From assembly GCF_963853765.1 (NCBI RefSeq), contig NC_088858.1:5766001-5830000 (forward strand): a DNA stretch of 64,000 nucleotides, given 5' to 3'. This stretch comes from Magallana gigas (taxonomy: Eukaryota). Each line of letters starts with the position of its first letter. Within the stretch, counting starts at the first letter, position 1. The position numbers were made by a program, and so were the translations under genes. Positions 55,401 through 64,000 of the stretch are shown here, one piece after another. A model generated the notes under the pieces. That model had not been told where the DNA came from and ran no database searches. It was given only the letters and a program-made list of their open reading frames with translations.

Positions 55401-58197
55401 CAATAATTCGAACTGCGTCAATATAATGATACTTTAGTTGTATTTTATAACATATTGAGCTGTAAATCAACTTGAGAGGATTTAAATCCCCTTTATTATC
55501 CCAGTTTAAAATTCGAATTGGCTGTAACATCAAAGCGAGTAACTAAATATGTAATCCATAAGTTTACAATGCTTATACTAAATAATCATGATTGAATTAT
55601 TTTTATTTCTAAACAAAGGGCTGTAAAGATACCATGTGTCTTCATACGGGGTCTTGCAAAAAGCGCCGCCTATGAGGTAGGAGACAGAACTGTAGATAAG
55701 TTGGGGAACTCTTGGACCGCCGTGTTTGTATCCGGTGGGTGGCGCTTTGTGTTTCCGCTTTGGGCTTTTTCAGCCATTGTTGGGCACAGTACTGGAACCT
55801 GGACCCTTGTTGAATCCGATGGTATAGTACCCAATAAAATTCTAACACCCACTAAACACTCCATTAAAAGAGCATATAAAGTCTCAATCACTTGATATTC
55901 ACAGCTGACATCATTTTCTCTTCTTAATTCTTTAATCACAAATTCCCAATTTTGGTTTTCGATTTCATGCGTCACGAATTTATTTCTTTATTACAAAACG
56001 CATTTCCTTTCTTCTCTAGGGCAAGGCGCTAGAGAAACGGAGGCCAAGTCCTCTGGGGTCACCGTCGCCAACTTCAACGACTACTACTTTCTGACCGACC
56101 CCGACGAATTCATCTACACGTGTTTTCCTCATGATTCCAAGTGGCAGCTACTGGCAAAGCCTTACACAAAGCAACAGTTCATAGATATAGCCAACTGTGA
56201 GCAGGCGTACTTTGAAAATCACATTCAAATCAATACAAAGCTGGAATGCTTATACAAGTCAGAAAATGGTGTTTGTGACATTGGTATTAAAAAAGCAAAT
56301 GAAGAGGAATTTAAACATTTGTACAAACTTTACTTCAACCATGAGTTGTCAAAGACCAAATTATCAAAAGAACTTCAGTTAGATAGGTATGTCGCCGTCA
56401 TGAACAATAAATCGGCGGTGAACTTTAGAATCCGTTTTCCTGGTGAAGGAATTTACAAAATGGAGATCTACGGCGGATCGCCGACCGGATTTCCTCTGAT
56501 TTGTTCTTTTCGATTGGATTGCAATGAAGGCGTCAGCAATGTAAAACCTTTCCCATGTAACCCCGAATCAGGGTTCGGGCCAAATCTAGTCACAGTTGCT
56601 GCGGGGCTAGAGGCAGAGTCTCATAAAACAGGCTTTATTAACGTTAAAAAGAACAAAAATGTTAACATAAGGTTCAACCTCAACAAACACGTTCAGGTTC
56701 AAACCGTTCTGGTTCACAACAATATTCAAGAGGAGGTGCTGAGTCGCCATGTCAATCATAAGGTCAAAGGTCAACACCTAGAGGTCAACGTAGAAGTTCC
56801 TCAGCAGGGAGAGTATGCTTTGCAGATAAACACAAAACCGAAAGGGTCCTCGGAACCCTTCAAAAACGCCTGTAACTACCTGCTGGCATCGGAGGACATG
56901 AACAAGAAAAAAAGATTTTATGAGGTAAGTTATGTTTAACAGGTAATTTTGTTTATTTACTAAACACATAGGGTTAAATTCCCCCTTACTTCTTTTGCCT
57001 AAATATATATAGACAGTGACATTAAAAATAATTTTGCGACCCATGGTTTATTACATCATCTTGAATGAGAACCCTTTAAATTTAATTTGGAAGATATGGA
57101 TGAAATTAAAACAGTAGCGAAAAAGTCATGTCTTCAGTACTAGTATATAATATGATCATTTGATTCCTTACTAGAATGCTGCTGAAAAGAAAGCTCGCAA
57201 TGAATTGGAAGGATGTCTGAAGTCAAACGACCCGGAATCCATACAGAAAGCTATTGATAACTTCGACCAGTTTGATTTGGATGACAAAGGAAAGAGAGAA
57301 AAGGCAGAGAGAAAGAAAAACTTTCTCGTTCTCCAGAAAGGTGAGCGATGCTCTATATAATGTGAGTTTTTACATTTTTACATGTTCAATGAATAATACC
57401 AAAATTTTGTGAAATGCAGAACTGAAGGAAGCAATAGCGAGGAGAAATGTAGATGTGCTGGAGACCGCTATAGACAACGCCAAGTCTTCCGAATTCTCGT
57501 CCAATCTCCAGAATCACATCACGGAAGCCGAGCAACTACTGGCAGAACTGAGGAAACTAAAGAGGTTTGCACACGAGGTCTTACAGATGAAGCAGTCTAC
57601 TATATCAGAGATCCATTCCTACAAAAACCCTCGTCCCCTGGCTTATGACGTCATGAAAGCCACGTATTTTCTGCTTGGTGAGAAAGAGGATCATTTACAG
57701 GTACATCATCATCACTGGAAGTTTTGGATAAATTATGTTTCATCACCTCACTGGCTGTTAAATATGGCACTTGAGTTTCATTACTATCAAAGCGGTCATC
57801 AGCAATATCCTATTGGATGTAAAGCGTGTTTTTCTCATATCGTGCATACATTCTTTTATAATAGGAATGGGAACAAATTCAGGGTCTTATGAGAAAATCC
57901 GGAAAACAGGGATTGCTACGGCGCGTGCGCCAGTTTGACACCATCAACGTAACGGAGAATATGGTGAACAGCGCGGCGCAGCTCCTACGTCAGTACGACG
58001 AAGAGACGGCGACGACGGCCAGTGCCGGCCTTGGAACCTTCTATAAATGGGTCAGTAGGTTACAGACGTGTTCGAAATATCTGACCGATTGGCCTATATA
58101 TGTGCCCGGTTTGTAGTTTCAAGGACAAATTTATTGTGCTTCTAACATTGTATTTTTATATTTTCAGGCGTCGAATGTAGTTGGTAATATGACATAA
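52442..58197 (+). CDS. H4: hillarin/KY-like paralog (9 coding exons), closest to H3
   Basis: MGSGGSK start; exon 2 at 52958-53071; WRFVFPLWAFSAIVGHSTGTWTLVE; ENMVNSAAQLLRQYDEE; ends ASNVVGNMT*. Confidence 0.88.
52892..52957 (+). repeat. 2 x 33-bp tandem duplication of the H4 exon-2 acceptor region
   Basis: TGTTAGTTGTTT(T/A)CATATTTAGATTGTATTTAG twice, ending at the used AG (52957). Confidence 0.9.
53051..53890 (+). repeat. Minisatellite, 30 x 28 bp, spanning the H4 exon-2/intron-2 junction
   Basis: Unit TCAGACAGTAGGGCCAATACAGTGAGTG; register holds from 53051 to 53863 (29 x 28); no spacers. Confidence 0.97.
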
Positions 58198-60039
58198 AGC
58201 CACCGTTTTTCACAGTTTGACCGGATTATTTAACGGAATGCAGATTTTACTGACAATTTCAACTTTTTCTGTGATATATATGTTTTCTTGAATTGCAATA
58301 CTGTATCAGGATCCTTGTGGTGTACATGCATCCTAAAAATAAATGGCTTTACATACTCATTGTCTATTCTATAAACTTAAGCGCTGTTTTGCCATGGATT
58401 TGTTCTAAGTAAAATTGAAACAAAACGTCTGTGCACATGCACTTTATTACATTAATTGTATTGCATTGGATTGTACATGTCGTCGATACAAACGCCCTCA
58501 AACTTAGTCTACTCTTCGAATTCCTTAATCACAATAGATATTAGGCAAATTAAAATTCACAGGCAATTTGCTTCATTAAAAATTGAATTCTACGCCATTC
58601 ATTGTTTTCAACAATCGTCGAACTCTTCATTCTTCAGAGGTAAAATGGTGCTATAAAATGGCCACGTAAATACCCACTTTAAGAAATCATCAGATGAATA
58701 AAATATAATAAAGACGTTTTATTAAGTTTATGATATCATGTAAACATTGAGACAAAAGACCCTTTGATACATGAATGATAGTTCTTACCGTTGTCTTTGA
58801 ATGAATTTAGTTTTATTTTATTTTATCAAACAATATTTACATTTGCAATTATATGCTTCTAGAATAGCAAAAACGTTCAATTCCATGTGAAATTTTTATA
58901 ACGATCACAATGATTACCGCATGCCCTTATCGTTTGACTGTTGTATTATTGTAAATTAACATAAAAACACTGTTATGTTAAAAATTCTGTACGATTTGCC
59001 TTTTTTCAAACGTAAAATCAACGATTGGATAGGAAAAAAATTAGTTAAAGTATAACCTGGTTTGCACGTCGCATGGCACGTCACAATGCACCAACGTCAA
59101 AAACGTACTAATCCGCTTGACATTGAGTTTGAATTTTGAACAAATCAATATCATTTTCAAAAGGAAAACGCATTCAATTTGTACAGAAAATTACAGAAAA
59201 ATTAAATTATAAGAAATGAACTCAATATATGCCCAACTTATACTCATACAACCTGGGTTATAAGTATATCTTGGGTAGATATCGAATTCATTTCTTAAAT
59301 GTTAAAAGTTCATCGAATATGAATTTGGTTGGTACGCGATCAATTCTTCTGAGAAGTCCTTTTATCACGTGACCAACTAAGTTCATATCCTAGTGAACTT
59401 TTCCACTTACTGTTAATTTCGTAAAAAGTTCATTATATAAAAGAATCTGACTTCTTGAGAAAGCCGAGTGGTCAACATATCATAGTATAGACATCATTAG
59501 TTTTCCTTAAACTTTTAGATAATTATAATTTATTAATTAAAAGCTATAAACTATGTTTGTAAATAGAATCACTATTTTTCAACTTTTAAATTTTGAGCAT
59601 TTTTCTATATCTTTATACAAAATTCTTCTTCTATAGGAGATCAATATAGGCTAGTATTTACTACGACCATTCAGCTCTATTAATGGATTCTATTCTTTGT
59701 TTTCACTGCTTTTTAAACACGGTAAATTACAGATTATATGCTTAAAGAAATATTGAAAGTATTCCAATACGTATAAAGAAATATAATGAATAAAATGGCA
59801 ACAAAACTAAAACTAAAATGTAAGCAACGGCAAAAATAAAAAAAAAATAAAAAAGTATTTTCTTCTTATATCACATGTAACTATCAATGGTTGTCGGTTC
59901 TTTAAGTGGCAATCGATTTTATTGATTAAGTTTATCTAAAAATCTGAAAGAACTGTCAGAGAATAAAGAAGAGAAGGCTTAGAAGCCACAGAAAGTACCT
60001 TATTTTACTTACGCCTGTGACGTAAATAGCGTTGCGTCG

Positions 60040-60047
60040 TGACGTCA
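60040..60047. promoter_or_regulatory. Palindromic CRE near the putative non-coding first exon of H5
   Basis: TCGTGACGTCAT, ~47 nt before the donor CAAAG|GTAAGA (~60094). Confidence 0.4.
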
Positions 60048-60871
60048 TAGATATATCAAATACGATGAAATATTGGTAGAAATGTATCGACAAAGGTAAG
60101 ACAGATTTTTATAATTACCATTCCCATTAGTACAATTATTTTGCTATCTATAATGTTTTATGTTCCAATAAGCGTGCATTCCTTGGATACTGTTAAGTCA
60201 ATTTCATTTTGTTATACTTTTTTAAGCAGAAATTTATTATTTCAAATGCCTCGACTCCCGTAAAAATAGGTTTGGATTTGCTGCATGGTGAATAGTTTTA
60301 TCACTTGTTTAGAACGTATGACATCGGTTACTATATGCTAGTATACAATAGCCTTTAGTGTGTGTTGGGAAATGTTCTTTAACTTTAATTACTATGTCTG
60401 CAAAAGTAATCTTTTAAATATGGCATAAAAGAAACACAACTTGGTCATTTTTTTTAGGGTACTGTAGACTTTCGTTAACTGTTCCATTTGTTTTCAAGGG
60501 GAGATATACATGCATGAATGAATACACACTAAATGTCATGCTATTCCCTCCATTTTGCTTTGTCTTTAATTTTAAATGGAAAACATAATCTTAAAAGACA
60601 TTGCCAAATCTTGAATTGCTTTGATCCACAGATACAACAGAAAAAGAAAACGTAAGTTTAGTTTGTAGTACAAAACGTTCAATGGTAACAGGGTTGTAAT
60701 CATTTAAAAATCAAAATAACTCGTACACTGGTTTCTTCATAAAGGTTTCTTCAAGAAGTTTTCTAACATTTAAAATATTTACTTTCTTTTCTTAGTTGAA
60801 GATAGATATTTAGATGCACATGCAGTCAAACTATATCGGAAAAATGCCAGACAGACGGTTCTAATGTAAGA

Positions 60872-63800
60872 ATGGGGTGCGGATCCTCTACTGCCGACGT
60901 CGTAGTCGTCATCCATTCCACCGACCCGTTACAAGAACCCACCACAGAACTGGTAAAAAGGCAGTCCAAAACACTTTATCAATCTAAAATGAAATTTATT
61001 TAAAGTTCCTCAAGATTTGAAACCTTTCAACCTTTCATCGTGTACTTTGGTTGTTTTACCTCATCATCAGTGACGTACATGTATCTATTTTTACAAGTCA
61101 TTATATTAATTGTAACAGGTACATTAATATTATTTATGTATTTTTGTCCAAGGAAGACAATTTTTCTAGCATTTCAATTGTCCTTTCATTATCCAATATA
61201 GAACTCAGTTCCTGACACACTGGATGGGTATCCTGTTCCTAGACCCTCGCACAACCGGAAGTCGGACGTCCTACAATTTCTCAATTTCAAAGAAGTGGAT
61301 AATGATGCTAGAAACGTAGGTAATCAAACCTGCATTTCTTTTCATGTGTAAGCATGCATGGATTCACTGGGTTTTGATTCTCAATGATTTAGGTGGTTCC
61401 CGGTGACTTCAGTACAATAGAGGACCTTAGCAGACGAGTCACAGCGGCCTACCCAAAGACGCTGTCAAAGGTCCGCGCGTTGCTTGTATGGCTGTCTGCT
61501 CAACCTATTCTCAGTCAAAAGTGGTCCACTTCCGCTCAAGCCGAATCTCCAGAGGGCATACTCGGCATGATGCAAAGAGGAGAGATGTCATATGCCACGT
61601 TCTTTGCCATGCTTTGTAGGTATGTTTATTCAACTTGGAGAAGCATTAATGGAAATAATGCTTTCTAAAACTATAAAGGTTATGCGGGTTATTTTTTAAC
61701 AGGGCAGTTGATATTCAATGTGTTATAATACATGGAATCGCTAAAAGTGTCATCTATGAAGTTGGGGAGACTAACACAGACGGACTGACCAATTCCTGGA
61801 ACGCGGTCTTCGTTGGAGGGTCGTGGCGACTTATATTTCCACTCTGGGCATGTCGAAGTGTCGTCGGTCATAGTACAGGGAAATGGATCCTGATAGAGCC
61901 GAAAGGTTGTCGTCGTATAAAGTTTGATGCTTTGAAGAGTTCGTTTGATTTTTCACTGAATAAACTTGTATGTAAAATTTAATACATCTCATAGTAAGTG
62001 TAGTAAGATCAATAATGTCAATTTTTGTCGTTATTTCCTAGATATTGGTAAACTAGAATCCGAGAAAACGACAGGCGGTGCTGTGATACAGCAGCTGAAC
62101 GAGTTCTTCTTCCTCACAGATCCTGATGTTTTTCAGTACCACTGCTTTCCAAATGACCCACTGTGGCAGTTGGTGCCCAAGGTTATCTCTTTGGAAAAGT
62201 TTCTTTCACTTCCGTTTTTGAGACAGGACTTTTTCGAAAACAAACTCAAACTGATGAGCACTTCCTCATGTCGGCTTGAAGCCACACGAGGAGAATGCGA
62301 CGTAGTCATAAAGACACCGGATAACCTGTCGCTAACGTTTTCCTACGATTTGCAATTCAGCAGCAAAGACTTGGATTCAAAACCACCATCTCAAGGACAG
62401 CCTCAGAATTGTGTAGCTATGGTCCATCAGGATAACAAGGTGTCATTTTCAGTAAGGTGCCCCACTGAAGGAGTTTATAAGCTGAAAATATATGGTGGTC
62501 GGGAAGGTGACAAGCGGTGGTTATATTCAAATTGCATCGTGTGTGCTGAAGTAAGCGACCATATCATTCCTTATCCAACTGCCCCAGACATCGGTTTTGG
62601 ACCCCAGAAACTGACAGAGGAGGCGGGACTTATAGCAATGTCTCACAAGTCGGGATGTGTGCAAGTTCAGAGAAACAAAACCTGTGAAATTAGTTTTACA
62701 TTGACGAAATTCGTATTAGTTCATTCTACCTTGCATAGATTTGATGTATCTAGCAACAGTCTTGCGCAGTATGTCTCACAGCGCATACAAAACGATAACT
62801 TGCGCATTGACGTCACCCCACCACAAGATGGCGAATACACTCTCCACATCAACTGCAAAGAGAAAGGGTCAAAAAATGGATTCATGAACGTTTGCAATTA
62901 TCTCTTGAATACTGATGTCAAGAATACAAGATCCTGGGAGGTATGTTATCATTCTTTTTGATGATGAAGCGTGCTTAAGCATTTGTTTATTCAGTCTTGT
63001 GATCTGTATAATTATGGTCCAGAATGCGCGGGAAAAAGTGGCGAGGCAGGATCTCAGAGCGAAGACATTGTCCGTGACCACCAAGAATGCTAAAGAACTC
63101 CAGAATGCGATTGAAAAGGCCAACCAACTTTGTTTAGAAGACAAGGGAGATCTCAAGTTCGCCCATGAACGTTTAGATTTACTTCAGCTGCAAAAAGGTA
63201 CTGCAAAGATAGAAATTGAGTTTTTACTGCTTAGAAGGTTTAACTAAAGGTTTAATTTTTGTTTTAGCCCTGGATGATGGTATAAACAGAAGAAATGTAG
63301 ATATTCTTGAGCCAGCTATCAAAGCGGCAAAAATATCGGATCAAGTGTATAAACTTTCGGACCGTATAAAGGAGTCAGAGGAACTCCGAGACCACTTACT
63401 AACCCTGAAGAGATTTGCACATGACGTACTCGATATGAAGCAGACGACAATATCGGAAATCCATCGCTATTCCATTCCTTCCCCTGTGATATTCAACGTC
63501 ATGAAAGCAACATTTCTACTGCTGGGAGAACATCCACAGAACTTGGAAGTATGTTTTGAAGTTTGAAAAAAGTATGTCATAATTAGCCCCGCAAATAAAA
63601 TTTACTGGGAGTGGGGTTTATTATTTTGGGAATCAACATCTTGGTCTGTAATATTTTTTCAGGAGAGAGTTTAAAAGCTAGAGCAAGGATTTACCTGAAA
63701 ATGTACCATAGATTTTTTTATTTACCATATAAACTTAATTATAGACCTAAAAAATTTTAATGATTGGAACATATTTATCTGGATCCTTTGGGAGGGAGGG

Positions 63801-64000
63801 GTTAGTCTTTCCGTGGCAATTCTAATTGCTTAATTATTCATAACAACACACATTGTTCGACAGATTTGGGAAGACCTGCAAGTACTGATGAGACAGACAG
63901 GGAGACAGAGTCTGTTATACAAGGTCCGGAAGTTTGACACCCTGGGAACAGACAGGGAGTTGGCCACGAGAGTTCTCCACATTCTGGAGCCCTACACTGT
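60872..64000 (+). CDS. H5: hillarin/KY-like paralog, 3' end runs out of the window
   Basis: MGCGSST start; GYPVPRP; VRALLVWL; SYATFFAMLCRAVDIQCVIIHGIAKSVIYEVG..NSWNAVF..WRLIFPLW; MTBD-like exon begins ~63864 (IWEDLQVLMRQTGRQSLLYKVRKFD). Confidence 0.87.

Noticed and set aside
59200-59480. TATATAAAAG-containing block as a solo LTR or snRNA gene
   Set aside because: No TG...CA ends, TSD, Sm site or recognisable RNA structure found.
29507-64000. H1-H5 as active kyphoscoliosis peptidases, or as pseudogenes
   Set aside because: The catalytic triad is absent, but all exons splice in frame without premature stops, so they are neither active enzymes nor decayed genes.

Overview
Eukaryotic, AT-rich, intron-containing genomic DNA, most likely a cupped oyster (Crassostrea/Magallana; inferred from a Cg170-like ~166 bp repeat inside a Helentron-like element). 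Gene order: (1) probable first exon of a PRD-class homeobox gene (-, eh1/octapeptide FHSIDALLG, rest outside the window); (2) a head-to-head pair of distantly paralogous secreted coiled-coil proteins with an angiopoietin/myocilin-like N-terminal Cys motif but no fibrinogen or olfactomedin domain; (3) a 4-TM TMEM221/Jiraiya-like gene flanked by two inverted copies of one transposon; (4) a type I membrane 2xCUB protein (-); (5) a 9-exon plant-type diaminopimelate decarboxylase (lysA) with intact catalytic motifs and a ~70 aa insertion, unusual for an animal; (6) five tandem hillarin/KY-like genes (H1-H5, the last truncated by the window end). The most interesting signal is the shared architecture of H1-H5: N-myristoylation motif, catalytically dead transglutaminase-like domain, two Ig-like modules, helical repeats, and a C-terminal domain that aligns by eye with the dynein heavy-chain microtubule-binding domain. 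This suggests a family of membrane-to-microtubule linkers. Also present are several MITEs, a 30-copy minisatellite that amplifies a splice donor, and microsatellites. All exon models and family calls were made by eye; no database search was run.
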